A stretch of 64,000 nt of DNA from the human T2T-CHM13v2.0 reference genome, Homo sapiens, in the NCBI RefSeq assembly GCF_009914755.1, contig NC_060926.1; one strand, written 5' to 3'. Shown here piece after piece: positions 1-14,454 of this stretch (position 1 is its first letter; each line of letters opens with the position of its first letter). The translations under genes were made by a program, and so were the position numbers. The notes below the pieces were generated by a model that did no database searches, was not told the DNA's origin, and worked only from the letters and a program-made list of their open reading frames with translations.

Positions 1-779
1 CTTCAAGTTTTCTGTATTTGATCAGTAGCTCTAAAGACATTAGCAGAGATGTCTCCTGATAAACTAAGTAAGCATTTCTCTTGCATAGATAATGCTGGGT
101 CATAATGTAGGTAAAGAATTAATTTAAGGAGGTGTTTGCCCAAGTGTTTCTGTTGATCTATCAGGGTTTTTCCCATTTTATCTTGACATTCAAAGCATTT
201 CTAAGAAAAATTTCCTGTTATCTTATGCAATAAGACCATTGTATCTAAAACTCCTAAACAAAAATTCTGGAGACAACATTATACTAAAGGAAAGCAAAAC
301 ATATGATGGCAAATGACTTCATAATCTCTGTCTCTAGCTCGACACTTTCTCCCCAAGGCAAACATAACCACAGTCTTGTATGAAGATTCGTGCCATAATA
401 TTTAACTTTTCTCCAGTGACACACTTCCCTATGGGTGTTACATGGCAACATGTAGAAGAATTCTCAAAAATTCTCTTTACTGAAGATTTCTTTGTAATAA
501 TCTTGGAAAAGAACCGTGGCTCCCCTAACCCACATCCTACCGCTCCATGCCATTTCTTCCTTCTCTTTTGCTCTGGCCCAGAATGCTGGAGATATCTTTG
601 GGCTCATATACAATTTATCTGCAAATTTGGTTGGTTCTTCCATCAAAGTATGTCTCAAATGGCACTTCACAGCCCTCCCTTGCTGTCACTCAGCTCCAAG
701 TTGGTATCATCTCCTACTAGAGTAGTATGATAGAGGTATATCTTCTTCTATGCTTGTGTCCTACAGACTCTTCTCACAT

Positions 780-1407
780 AGGAAAAGTAACCCTTTAAAC
801 ACATGAATTTCATTACTTCTCTTCTGAAAATACCTCAGTAGGTTCTCAATGAGTTAGCATAAAATTCCAACCCCTTATCATGGGCTTACAAAGACCCTGC
901 ATGCTGCAGCCTTTAACTAACTCTGATTGCATTCCCTATCACTCCCTTCTGGCTTCCTCCTCTCCTGTCTCAGTGTCTTCTTTAGTTTAACTGAAATGAG
1001 TCAACAATGACTCTGCATCAGCACATATGAGTTGTTCTTTACTCTGAACATCCTTTCTCCAAAATTGACAGAGAGCATTTTTTTCCACATATTAACTTAC
1101 CTGCCTCACTTTAAGAATGTTGCTGTTCAAATGTCATCTCTTGATGCCTTACCTTACCATCCTTTCAGAAATTAACCTCTTCATTATCACATTACCTCGT
1201 TTTAATTTTCATCAAAAAACCTATCACTCTCAGATAGATCTCATAAATACATTTGCTTATCTGTTAACTGTAATTCTCCCTGACTAGAGTATAAAATCCC
1301 TGGGGGACAGATTTGTTCTGTCTTGCTCACTACAGGCTCTCCAGCACCTATTAGAGTATAAACACATGGTACTACATTCAAAAAAGTCTTGAATGAATAC
1401 ATGAGTC
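780..1407 (+). mobile_element. L2 LINE 3' fragment (ancient)
   Basis: Degenerate L2 3' motifs (ctccctgactagagtataaa...gtcttgctcact...ccagcaccta...) ending in the tgaatgaat tail at ~1390-1400. Confidence 0.7.
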
Positions 1408-1639
1408 TATCTATTTCATCTAGAGACTTCCAGAACTTTCAAAGTAATTTTCTCTATACTTCATGTTTTCTTTCTTAAGATTTTAACTAATAATTCAACA
1501 AAACAAGTTTTTATCAAGATATTCATTTTTGAAATCTGCTTTTCAATGTTGGGCTTCTGTGAAAAAGTTCTGTGCATAATTTCATTTTTATAAAGTATTC
1601 TGCTGAAAAAATTAAATATCACTGTTAGATATAATCATC

Positions 1640-1800
1640 TCAATAACACAGCTAGGATTGTACCATATACCTGTTTTATTGATGATTATATTAGACCTCA
1701 GAAGCTTTAAGTAATTTGTCCAAATCACATAGATCTTAAATGCTATGGCTCAAATGGGAGTCATTTTTGCTTCACTGTAAAGCTCGTGGTTTTCTCAATT
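1640..1800 (-). mobile_element. MIR SINE fragment
   Basis: Degenerate MIR core: gacctcagaagctttaagtaatttgtccaaatcacatag. Confidence 0.6.
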
Positions 1801-3477
1801 ATCCGCGTCTTTAGGTCCTCATTATAATGAAGGTGAGTGCATTGAATGTAAGATGTGATACAGGACCAGAGATAAATTAAGTATGTTGATATACAGAGAT
1901 GATACCACTATTTTCAAATAATTTCTCAAAGAGCTATGTTTAAATTGTTGAAGTAGAGGGACATGGGAAATACATTGATGGATGTTGTATAAGAGGCTCT
2001 GTTTTATATTAACAGGAATCACATAATATAGTCTGAAAGGCAGAATGGTCATTGGATACATGGGTTTCTTTCCTGAAACTTTAGCACACTGGATATGTCA
2101 ATCTATATGCCATGCCAAGAGCATTTCTCTGTAAATGATTAGGAGAATGGGCTATCCATGATCCTGCTGCCAGAGGTGACTCAGTAGCACCAGTTGATGC
2201 TGGCTGCTGTTCACACAACCTTATTGTATGAACAGAAACATGGGGGAAGGGAGAAGTGATACATGGCCATAGGAAGAGCTACATCTTCTTTGATTTGGTA
2301 TTGCCATGTTTTTCCCTAAATAATGAATGTGGGAATATTTTCAACCAGTAAAAAGAACAAAAAATTAATAAATACCCATAAAACAAAATTCAAATCCCTT
2401 AATGTAAAAGAAGTGTATAAAATTAAACTGTAGACAACAGATAAAAGCCAACAATACCACTGTGAATTATCACAAAACTACTTAATTGCATGAAGATAAA
2501 AATCAGGGAGAATAAATTTGAGGAAGTGCAATTAAGACTAACTTTAAAGAAATTGAATTTTATTTCCTTGTTCTAATTAAAAACAAGCAAATAAAAAATA
2601 AACAGCTGTTGCAATTACTTGGCTTCAGTTAAAAATGTCTATATTTGGGCTTCTTTTCTTTCATTTTTACTTGACATATTTACCTTTTGAGGGAAGCTGA
2701 CCAAATGTGGAGAGTCAGAACTGTTCTGTAGAGTGTCAGCAAAGTGCACTAGTAATTAAGACACCAAACACAAATTAGTAAACTTTGAAGCTCAGCCAAG
2801 ATCTGACTGTGGAAAAATGCAATTATAAACAAAACCATGAAACTTTATTGGGAAATATAAATATTTTAACTGTCATTAAGGACCTTAAGAAATAAAGAAA
2901 CCTCCAAAGAATTTGTTCTGACATTCTTTTTAGATTCTTAAAGTATTATTTTCTTTCTCAGATATGCATTTTTCGTTTGAATGTTCTTTTTATGTGGCAT
3001 AATATAAAAGCTTTACACAACCTAAATCACAATAGTTTTCCCCATTTAATTCTGCAGGGATAGGTTGAGGCTAAGGTCTTGGTGTCCTCTGAGTCATGCC
3101 AGACTGGAAACATTTGGAAATCAAGATGAGATATACCCACATATGAATGATGATGTTAGTAGAAACATTCAATTATAAGTAGTTTACTTGTTTGTCTAAG
3201 AGCAATACCAGTAAGATGGCACAACTGGCATCTAAGAAGATAGAGATCACTGTCAAGCATGTATGATGGTGGGACTCTCAGCTTTGGCAGAGAATTGATA
3301 AGAGCAAGGTGAGAGATGGATGGAAGGAGGAAGGGAGGGAGAGAGAGAAAGACAGAAAGAAAAATGTGTCACAGAGAATCTTTTTCACAAAATCAAGGGC
3401 TCCTAAACTAACAAACAAGCTTTTTACATCACAGTTGACATAGTGAGCAATTATCTGGGCATCTGGGTTGTTTGAAT

Positions 3478-3662
3478 CTAAACGTAGTGGTTGCCAAAGT
3501 TTGGTGTATATTGGAATATGAATTCTTTAAAAAATTCTAATGCTTGGCTTCTACTTCCAGGTATTCCGATGTAATTGGCATGAGATAAGGCATAGGCATT
3601 GGAGTTCTTAAAGCTGCCCAGAAGAGTCTAATATGCAGTAAAGTTTGAAGAAACATGGGCTG
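3478..3662. mobile_element. MER5B-like hAT-Charlie DNA transposon
   Basis: tagtggttgccaaagtt...taattggcatgag...aaagctgcccagaagagtctaatatgcagtaaagtttgaagaaacatggg matches the MER5 architecture. Confidence 0.7.
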
Positions 3663-3839
3663 AAGGTCAGGATTCACTCCAGAGATTCAATGCAGGGTTG
3701 ATAGGTAGAAGGTAGAGAAGTAGTTCTAACTATAGGGGGAAGCTATTTTGATCGAGGAAATTTACAAGTTCCCAGGATCAATTGTGAGTCAGAAATAAGA
3801 ATGGGAGCAACCCCTATTAAGTATTACCCCTATTAAGGT

Positions 3840-4035
3840 AATATGTATGCAATAAAGCTTCAGTAGTTAACACTGGGTGGTATTAGTCATGAACGGATAA
3901 ATATCAATAGAAAAAATAGAGTTCAATATAGATCCAGACGTATGGCAATTTAGTACTTATTCAAGAAAACAACACAAATCAATGGTGAAATGAAAGAAAA
4001 TTCATGAAATTGTGTTGGGACTATCAGTTAGTCAT
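3840..4035 (+). mobile_element. Ancient L1 (L1M/L1ME) ORF2 fragment
   Basis: Degenerate ORF2 3' motifs (acactgggtggtattagtcatg...aatagagttc...aaatcaatggtgaaa). Confidence 0.5.
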
Positions 4036-7000
4036 CAGGAAGGGTCACAATCTCCCAGCCTCTAGAAGCCTATCTCCAGGAAATTTAGGAATATTTTAGG
4101 GCAATAGGTTTGATGATCATAGGCAATTTAGGCAAGGTGATAGCTCTGATAGTTAAGGTGAGGTGTAATCATTTTTCTTCTGTTTTATATTCAGCAACTC
4201 CTCTAAGATTATAGGGGGTATCTTGTTTACATTAGTGCATCCCCAGATGTAACCACAATTTAAGCCACTATATTTTTTTAATTTTTAATTTTTGTAGGTA
4301 CAAAGTAGGTGTATATATTTATGAGCTACATGAGATACTTTAATATAGGCATATGATGCCTAATAATCACATCATGGAAATTGGGTATCCATCCCCTTAA
4401 CCATTTATCTTTTGGGTTATAAACAATTCATTTATACTCTTTTAGTTGTTTTTAAATGTTCTATTAAATTATTTTTACTATAGCCACCTTGTTGTGTAAT
4501 CAAATAATAGGCCTTATTCATTCATTATAACTATTTTTTGTGCCCATTAACCATCCTCACCTTCTACATACTCCACACTATTCTTCCCAGCCTCTGGAAA
4601 CCATATCTCTACTCCCTATCTCTGTGAATTCAATTGTTTTGAATTTTAGACCCCACAAATAAGTGAGAACATGCAGTGTTTGCCTTTCTATGCCTGGTTT
4701 ATTTCACTTAACATAGTGACCTCCAGTTCTATCCATGTTGCTGTAAATAATAAGATCTCATTCTTTTTTTATGGCTGAATAGTACTCCATTGTGTATATA
4801 TACCACATTTTCTTTCTTTATCAAATCATCTGTTGCTAGACACTTAGGTTGCTTCCAACTCGTGGCTATTGTAAACAGTGCTGCAATAAGCATGGGAGTA
4901 CGTATATCTCTTTGATATACTGATTTCCTTTCTTTGGGGTATATATCCAGCAGTGGACTTCCTGGATCATATGGTAGCTCTATTTTTAGTTTTTTGAAGA
5001 ACTTCCAAGCTGTTCTTCATAGCGGATATACTAATTTACATTTCCACCAACAATGTACAAAGGTTCCCTTTTATTCACATCTTTGCCCCCATTTGTTATT
5101 GCTTGACTTTTATATAAAAGCTATTTTAACTGGGGTGACATGATATCTCATTGTAGTTTTGATTTGTGTTTCTCTGATGATCAATGATGTTGAGCACCTT
5201 TTCATAGGCTTGCTTGCCATTTTTATGTCTTCTTTTGAGAAATGCCTATTCATATCTTTTGACCATTTTTTTAATCAAATTATTAGGGTTTTTTCCTTAT
5301 AAAGTTGTTTGAGCTCCCTGTACATTCTGGTTATTAATCTCTTGTCTGATGGGTAGTTTGCAAATATTTTCTACAATTCTGTGGGTTGTCTTTTCACTTT
5401 GTTGATTATTTCTTTTGCTGTGCAGAAGCTTTTTAACTTGATATGATCCCATCTGTCTTATGTTTGCTTTGGTTGCCTGTGGGGATATGACTCAAGAAAA
5501 TTTTGACAAGACCATGTCTAGGAGTTTCCCCAATATTTTCTTTCAGTAACTGCATAGTTTGAGGCCTTAGATTTACGTCTTTAATCCATTTTGATTTAAA
5601 TTTTTATAATGACTTTGGGTGAGAGATACGGGTCTAGTGTCATTCTTCTGCAAATGGATGTCCAGTTTTCCCAGTACCATTCATTGAAAACTATCTTTCT
5701 CCCAGTGTATGTTCTTGACACTATGGTCAAAAATGAGCCCACTATAGGTGTGTGCATTTGTTTCTGGGTTCTCTATTCTATTCGACTGGTCTATGAATAT
5801 GTTTTTATGCCAGTAATGTGCTGTTTGGTTACTATAGCTCTTTTTGCTTAGAATGGCTTCAGCTATTCTGAGTCTTTTGTGATTCCATATAAATTTTGGG
5901 ATTTTTTTTTATATTTCTGTGAAGAATATCACTGGTATTTTGATAGAGATTGCATTGAATCTGTAGATTGCTTTGGGGAGTGTGAAAATTTTAACAATAT
6001 TAATTTTTTTCAATCCATAAACATAAAATATCTTTCCATTTTTTGGTGTCTTTAATTTTTTTCATCACTGTACCATAGTTTTCATTGTAGAGATCTTTCA
6101 CTTCTTTGGTTAAGTTAATTCTTACATATTTAATTTTTATTTGTGGCTACTATAAATGGGATTACTTTCTTGATTCCTTTTTCATATTATTCACTGTTAG
6201 CATATAGAAATGTTACTATTTGTAGGTTGTGCAACTGTACTGAGTTTGTTTATATATGCTAATAGTTTTTTGGTGTAATCTTTAGGTTTTTCTAAATATA
6301 AGATCATATTATATGCAAACAAGAACAATTTGACTTCTTCCTTTCCAATTTGGGTAAATTTTATTTCTTTCTCTTGTCTAATTGCTCTGTGCAGGACTTC
6401 CAGAACCATGTTGAATAACAGTGTTGAAAGTGGACATGCTTGTCATGTTCCAGATCTTACAGGACAGGTTTTTAGTTTTTCCTCATTCAGCGTGATACTA
6501 GCTATGGGTCTATCATATATGGCTTTTAGTATGTCGATGTATGTTTCTTGCATACCCAGTTTTTCCTGGGCCTTTTATCATGAATGAATGTTGAATTTTA
6601 TCAGATGCTTTTTCAGCATCAATTGAAATGATCATGTGGTTTTTGTCCTTCATTGTGTTCATATGATGTATCACATTTGTTGATTTACATATGTTGAACT
6701 ATCCTTGCATCCCAGTGATAAATTCCACTTGGTATGATGAATGATCTTTCTAATGTATTGTTGAATTTGGTTTGCTAGCAGTTTGTGAAAGATTTTCACA
6801 CCAATATTCATCAGAGATACTGGCTTGTAGTTTTCTTTTATTGATGTGTCTTTGTCTGGTTTTGGTATCACAGTAATATAATACTGGCCTCATAGAATGA
6901 ATGTGGAGGTGTTTCCTCCTTCTCTGTGTTTCAGAATACGTTGAATAGGATTGGTATTCATTCTTCTTTAAATATTTGGTGGGATTCAGCAGTGAAGCCA

Positions 7001-7335
7001 TCAGGCCCCAGGCTTTTCTTTACTGGGAGAGTTTGAATTACAGCTTCTTTCTTGTTACTTATTATTTGTCTTGTCTAGGTTTTGGATTTCTTCATGGTTA
7101 AATATTGATAGATGGCATTTGTCTAGGAATGTGTCCATTTCAGCTATATTTTCCAATTTATTGGCATATAGTTGCTCATAGTAGCCACTGATGATCCTTT
7201 GAATTTCTGTAGTATCAGTTGTAATGTCTCCTTTTTCATCTCCTATTTTACTTAGATTATTCTCCTTTTTTTTCTTTGTTAGTCTTGTTAAAGTTTGGTC
7301 GATTTTTTTTATTGTTTCAGAAAACCAGCTTTTCA

Positions 7336-7683
<348 letters not shown>

Positions 7684-9630
7684 CAAATTCACTTATTTCT
7701 GCTCCAACCTTTATTATTTGTTTTCTTCTACTAATTTGGGGTTCAGTTTGTTCTTGCTTTTTTAATTTTGTAAGATACATCATTGGTTTATTTTAATTTT
7801 TTCTTCTTTTTTGATGTAGGCACTTATAGCTATAAACTTCCCTCTTAGTACTGCTTTTGCTGTATTTCATAGGTTTTACTATGTTGTCTTTCCATTATAA
7901 TTTGTTTCAAGAAATTATTCAATCTCCTTCTTACTTTCTTCATTGATGGACTTATTATTTAGGAGCATATTGTTTAATTTCTGTGTATTTGTATAGTTTT
8001 CACAATTTTTATTTTTGTTGACTTATAGGTTTATTCTATTGTGGTCAGAGAAGATGCTTGATATTATTTCAATTTTTTTGAATGTTTAAAAACTTGTTTT
8101 TGGGAACCAATATAGGGTCTATCCTTAAGAATGATCCATGTGCTGAGAAGAAAAATTTGTATTCTGTACTGTTTGGATGAACTGTTCTATATATATCTAT
8201 TATGTCCATTTGGTCCATAATGCAAATTATGGGAGATCTTCACTCTGGGAGATATTTCCAGTGCTGAAAGTAGTGTGTTGACATCTCCAGCTATTATTAT
8301 ATTGGATCCTATCTCTTTCTTTAGCTCTGATAATATTGGCTTTATATGTTTAGGTGCTTCAGTATTGGGTGCATATATATTTACAATCATTATATCCTGT
8401 TGCTGGATTGACTCTTTTATCATTACATGATAACCTTCTTTGTCTCTTTTTATAGATTTGTCTTGAAATCTATTTTGTCTGATGTAAGTCAAGCTACTCC
8501 TTTTCTTTTCTAGTTTCCATTTGCAGGAAATATTTTTTTCCATCCTTTTATTTTCAGTCTGCATGTATTTTTATAGATGAAGTGTGTTGCTTATAGGCAA
8601 CAGACCACTGAGTCTTGTTATCCATCCAGATTCTGTTTGTCTTTTGATTGTAGAGTTTTCATCTAATTTACATTCAATTTTATCATTGATAAGTAAGGAC
8701 TTATTCCTGCCATTTTGTTATCTGTTTTCTAGCTGTTTTGAGGTCTTCTCTTCTTTCTTTCCTTCCTTTCTGTCTTCCTTTTAGTAAAGGTAATCTTCTC
8801 TGGTGGTATGTTTTAATTTCTTGCTTTTAATTTTTTTGTATCCATTGTATTTTTTTATTTGAGGTTACTATGAGGTTTGCAAATAGTTTTCTACAACCCA
8901 CTACTTTAAACAGATGACAACTTAACACTGACTGCATAAACAAACATGCAAAAATAAACTCATAAAAATGCTACACTTTAAGTTCATCCTCCCACTTTTT
9001 AACTTTTTGTTGTTTCTCTTTATTTCTTATTGTACTATGTCTTGAAAATTTTTCAGTTATTGTTTTTGATTGGTTCATTATTTAGTGTTTCTAATTAAGA
9101 ATAGTTTATACAACATAATTACAGTGTTATAATATTCTTTGTTTTTCTGTGTGCTTACTATTACCACTGAGTTTTGTACCATGAGATGACTTCTTTCTGC
9201 TCATTAAAATTATTTTCTTTCAGATGGAGGTACTCCCTTTAGCATTTCTTGTAGGACAGGTCTGATGTTAATGAAATCCCTTAGCTTTTGTTTGTCTCCA
9301 AAGGTGTTTATTTCTCTTCCACGCTTGAAGGATGTTTTGGTCAGATATAATATTCTAGGGTAAAAGTTTTTTATCTGTAGGTAATTTAAATATGTCATGT
9401 CCTGGCCTCTAAGTTTTCCACTGAAAAGTCTGCTGCCAAACATATTGGAGCTTCATTGTATGTTATTTATTTCTTTTCTCTGGCTGCTTTTGGGATTCTT
9501 TATTGTTAGCCTTTGGGAGTTTGATTACTAGATGCCTTGAGATAGTATTTGGGTTAATCTGCTTGGTGTTCTATAAACTTCTTGTACTTGAATGTTGATA
9601 TCTTTCTTTAGGTTTGAGAAGTTCTGTGAA

Positions 9631-10702
9631 TGTTGTGGGAAGTCAGGGACCTGGAACAGAGGTACTGGCTGAAGCCATGGCAGAAGAACATGGATTGTGA
9701 AGATTTCATGGACATTTCTTAGTTCCCCAAATTAATACTTTTATAATTTCTTACACCTGTCTTTACTGCAATCTCTGAAGATAAATTGTGAAGATTTCAT
9801 GGACACTTATCACTTCCCCAATCAATACCCTTGTGATTTCCTATGCCTGTCTTTACTTTAATCTCTTAATCCTGTCAGCTGAGGAGGATGTATGTCACTT
9901 CAGGACCCTGTGATGGTTGCGTTAACTGCACAAATTGTTTGTAGAGCATGTGTGTTTGAACAATATGAAATCTGGGCACCTTGAAAAAAGAACAGGATAA
10001 CAGCAATGTTCAGGGAATAAGAGAGATAACCTTAAACTCTGACTGCCAGTGAGCCAGGAGGAACAGAGCCATATTTCTCTTCTTTCGAAAGCAAATGGGA
10101 GAAATATCATTGAATTTCTTTTCTCTGCAAGGAACATCCCTGAGAAAGAGAATGGGCCCCTGAGGGTGGGCCTCTAAAATGGCCCCCTTGGGTGTGGCTG
10201 TCTTCTGTGGTCGAGACTGTAGGGATGAAATAAACCCCAGTCTCCCATAGTGCTCCCAGGCTTATTAGGATGAGGAAATTCCGGCTAATAAATTTTGGTC
10301 AGACTGGTTGCTCTCAAACCCTGTCTCCTGATAAGATGTTATCAATGACAATGGTGCCTGAAACTTCATTTGCAATTTTAATTTCGCCCCGGTCCTGTGG
10401 TCCTATGATCTTGCTCTGCCTCCATTTGCCTTGTGATATTCTATTACCTTGTGAAGCATGTGATCTCTGTGACCCACACCCTATTTGAACACTCCCTCCC
10501 CTTCTGAAAATCACTAATAAAAACTTGCTGGCTTTATGGCTCAGGGGGCATCACGGAACCTACCGACATGTGATGTCTCTCCCGGACACCCAGCTTTAAC
10601 ATTTCTCTCTTTTGTACTCTGTGCTTTTATTTCTCAACCCGGCCGACGCTTAGGGAAAATAGTAAAGAACCTACGTGACTATCGGGGGCAAGTTCCCCGA
10701 TA
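9631..10702 (+). mobile_element. MER11 (MER11C-like) solo LTR of HERV-K11/HML-8
   Basis: Starts tgttgtgggaagtcagggacc and ends gttccccgata, 1072 bp. Has aataaa at ~10516, an internal ~90-bp duplication, and an exact 6-bp TSD tgtgaa (9625-9630, 10703-10708) typical of ERVK. Confidence 0.92.
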
Positions 10703-11749
10703 TGTGAACATTTCTTTGAATAAGCTTTCTAGCCCTATCTCTTTCTCTGTCTTCTCTTTAAGGATAGTAATGCTTAGATTTGCCCTTTTGAGGCTATTCT
10801 CTAGGTCCTGTAGGCATGCTGCATTATTTTTTATTCTTTTTTCTTTTGTCTCCTCTGATGGCATATTTTCATATATCCTGTTATTAAGCTCACTGATTCT
10901 TGCTTCTGCTTGATCAGTTCTGCTATTAAGAGACTGATGCATTCTTCTGCATGTCAATTGCATTTCTCAACTCTAGAATTTCTACTTGTTTTTAATTATG
11001 GTAATATTTGTTAAAATATCTGATACAGTTTTGAATTTATTATCTGTTTTATTTTGAATTTTTTGAGTTTTCTTAATACAACTATTTTGAATTCTCTGTC
11101 TGAAAGGTCATGTATTTCTGTTTCCCCAGGATTGGTAGCTGGTGACTTATTTAGTTCATTTGTTGAGGTCATGTTTTTCTGATGATTTTGCTGCTTGTAG
11201 ATGTTCATCAGTTTCTGGGCTTTGAAGAGTCAGGTATTTATTGTAGTCCTCATAGTCTGGGCTTCTTTGTGCCTGTCCTTCTTGAAAAGGTTTTCCAGGT
11301 ATTAAAGGGGACTTGGGCCCCAAGCCCAAGAAGATTATTTTTGCAGACTTGTAGAGTTACTGCTTTGTAGTCTTCAATAGGATCCAGATAAATTCTCTGG
11401 ATTATCAGGCAGAGACTCTTGATCTTTCCCTTTACTTTCTCCCAAACAGCATCTCTTTCTCTGAGCTGAGCCACATGGAACTGGGCATGCGGTGATGCAA
11501 GCAACCATTTGGCCACCACAGCTGGGACTACTCTGGGTTTAACCTGAAGCTGGCACACCACTGGATCTTGCCCAAGGCCAGCTGTAACCACTACCAGGCT
11601 ACCACCTTTGTTTACTCAAGACCCCAGGGCTCTATAAACAGCAAGTCATAAAACTAGTCAGGTTTGTGTCCTTCCCCCAAGGCAGGTCTAAAGATACTGT
11701 CTGCAAGCCAGTGATTGGAATTAAAAAAAAAAACCTAGAAATTTATTTC

Positions 11750-12543
11750 TTCCTCTCTCACTCTCTTCCTCTCTGTTTTTTGTATATACTTTTGTGGGGT
11801 GACAAGGTCTCTACTCAGCTCATATTTAGAAGATTCTTTTTTTTCTCCAGAGAATCTCTCATCATTGTCATCAGTGTTAGGGGCCTCCTCCATTAAAATG
11901 GTTGAATTAGCTCCCTGACTGTGCCACAAATATACCGTAGGTAATTTTACTTATAACTTGGAGATCTATATCTGTTTTGATGACAGAGGCATATGCAGTA
12001 ACATCAACAGTAAAGACATTTTGTAAGGTTTTATTGTGCCATCTGCTTTTAGGAGTGTGGATCTTGGCATGCCACCTAGTAACAGCTCCTCTTCTGCTCA
12101 AAGTGAACCCACATATTTTATAGGGTATCAGTCTTTCCCCTGATGACTCTATAGAATGGAAGCCAGTGCCCGGTTAGGACACAACCAAGAGTCACAGGAT
12201 GAGAGTCATTCTTCTCAGCATAAAGTTCTGCCACGGTGTATGTTGAAATTGAGACACACAATAGGTCCAGGCTGAGGCTGAGACACACAAGCCAAGGCCA
12301 CTATAAGAGGGGGCCTCAATTTCATATGACTCATAACAAAGACTGGGTAGAGCTCAGCAAATGCAGCACTGTGCAGCACAGCTGAAGGCACAAACTTGCC
12401 TGAAGGCAGCAACACAGCTCAAAGAGCTTGCTAGCCAGCAAGCAGCTGATCAAAAGGATTGCTCCACTGGCAGGCAGCAGAGCCAGTCATCAAGCCAAAG
12501 CAAGAGAAGAAAGACCCCTGCTAGTGGTGGATATCATCTACAC
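11750..12543 (-). mobile_element. Probable ERV internal (leader/gag) remnant following the LTR and PBS
   Basis: Lies directly downstream (minus strand) of an LTR end and an 18-nt PBS. No recognisable protein motif, so this is inferred from position. Confidence 0.45.
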
Positions 12544-12561
12544 ATCCTGCTCATAGCACCA
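12544..12561 (-). other. Retroviral primer-binding site complementary to tRNA-Ser(CGA)
   Basis: Plus strand atcctgctcatagcacca matches the tRNA-Ser(CGA) 3' end ATCCTGCTCACAGCGCCA at 16/18 and lies 1 nt from the LTR terminal CA. Confidence 0.75.
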
Positions 12562-12562
12562 C

Positions 12563-12909
12563 TGTTTCAGATATTCCACAAAAAGAAGACAGCCTCTCTC
12601 AACACTCAAAGTTTGAAAAGCTTGCTACTCACATAAGGGACTTCCAGGGAGAGTGAGGTGGCACAAACAGACATAGATTGGCTTGAGGGATGCAAAGTGA
12701 GTGGATCAGGCCTTATAGCGGATAGAAGTTTTCATGAGCTGGAATTTTGTGAGGTTTGAATTTCCGGCAGCCACCAAAGGAGGAGAAATGTGCAGGATTT
12801 CTTAGCTTATCTATTTAATAGATGTCAGACCAAAGGATTAGAAGAGGGAGAGGCTTAAAAGAAGTCAGCAGTCATACATCCAAAATATGGAGTCAGGCCT
12901 CTTATTACA
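12563..12909 (-). mobile_element. ERV 5' LTR (LTR47-like, class III/ERVL)
   Basis: Minus strand begins TGTAATAAGAGGCCTGACTCCATATTTTGGATG and ends ...TGAAACA (TG..CA), immediately followed by a PBS. Confidence 0.65.
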
Positions 12910-14059
12910 GTTTTTAATAATTTTTAAATTTTGAATCTTGAGAAAATATTACACGTTCAAAAACTAAATAAACCCTCACCCTCATTCCCTCCAAAAATTG
13001 AAAGCAACGAGGAATCACTATAGGTGATTGAAACTATTATTTTCTATTCATAATTCCTTCCTATCTAAATTATTTCTCTATGCATTATTTTCTCAGGAGT
13101 CTCTTTTCTTGTTAAAAATAGGATCCAAGAGAAACATAAACAATTATTCATAACAGGAAGAAAACTTAGAAATTCTTTCATCTAATACCTTTCTGAAACA
13201 GGTTTTGAAACTAATTCTAGAGATTTAGTCTAAATGCCCAAAGTGGGGTTTAGAATTAGTCTTATCATAAATAATTGTTTTTGTTTCTTAGTTTGTTTTG
13301 GGAGTATCTGAAAGTAACCGTTAACATCTGCATTTCCATAAAGGTATGAGTTTCTCATAACCCCTGTCTTGATTTCTCCACATGAGCTTCTGTCTTTAAA
13401 AAAAGTTTTTTTCTTCTGGGAAAGGAACTGAATTTCAATTCATTTGGATAGAGTTTTGATCCTCATCAAAGGCTTGATAATAAAACACAAGCTTATCCTC
13501 TGTCTCCACGATGGTATTCATGACTAGAAACTGCTCCAAAGATTACACCAACTCTGTCCCACAGCACACCTCAGTGATGGCTGTCTGAAGATTTCTGTTG
13601 CCTAGACCTGTGTTGGCTTAGACAAGTTGAATTTTGCTGTATCGCTTTGAGGCCAGTTCTGTCTCTCACATGAAGTTCTGCTTTTCTCATTGGCTTTATC
13701 TGAATTGTCAACAGTCCTCAGAGCCAAAGCTTATCAGTGTTATAACTTCTTCTAATACCTTATTTTCTTCATGTTCCATTCTTTAGTGGGACAGGAAATT
13801 CAGATTTGGAGACATTTCTGAGCACATGAGAATATGATCCCCCTGCTTCCACATCTCCTGTTCTCTATCTCTGCTTGTATAGCTAAATAATACTCAACAC
13901 AAATTATTCTGCATTTTCACAAAAAGCTCCTTTTTCTCCAACTAACTCAATCTAGTGTAATTTTGAGTACTTATTATACACAAAGGTTTAAGTGTAGAGA
14001 CTGTCTTTTAACTTTCTTTTCCTATCACTCCCTACAATGCCTGAAAGAGCAGTCAATAA

Positions 14060-14400
14060 TACTGGCTTTATAGAGGTCATATGGTACAGTTGTTTAGAAT
14101 TTCTGAGTTATTCGTATACATATTATACACTCAAAATTTTGTTTAGATACTGCCAAATTTCCATTCTAGAAGTTGTACTGATTTGTAATACTTTTAACAA
14201 TAAATATAGATGTCCATTTCTTTCTCTTCTTTGGGTTCACAGTATATAAATCTATAAAATACATTTTCTTAAATTTGCATTGTTGATTACTAAATAAGGT
14301 AAGCATCTTTTCACAAGTTAATTGGATCATAATTCTTTGCACATTTCTTTATAGGTTTGTCTTCTCAGTGATTTGGGAGACCTATTTACTGATATGAATT
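14060..14400 (-). mobile_element. Ancient L1ME fragment
   Basis: tttagatactgccaaatttccattctagaagttgtactgattt motif of the L1ME 3' region. Confidence 0.55.
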
Positions 14401-14454
14401 TTAATTGCTTGTCTTATTTCTAAGCTGCACAGATTTTAGAAGTGTTTTCCTTAA

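Noticed and set aside
380-730. 116-aa ORF
   Set aside because: No recognisable domain, splice context or codon signal; size expected by chance
3810-3838. Short direct repeats (acccctattaag x2; also 14594-14619 and 55278-55316)
   Set aside because: Ordinary slippage duplications of 11-18 bp
9694-9868. ~90-bp internal duplication in the LTR
   Set aside because: Part of the normal MER11 structure
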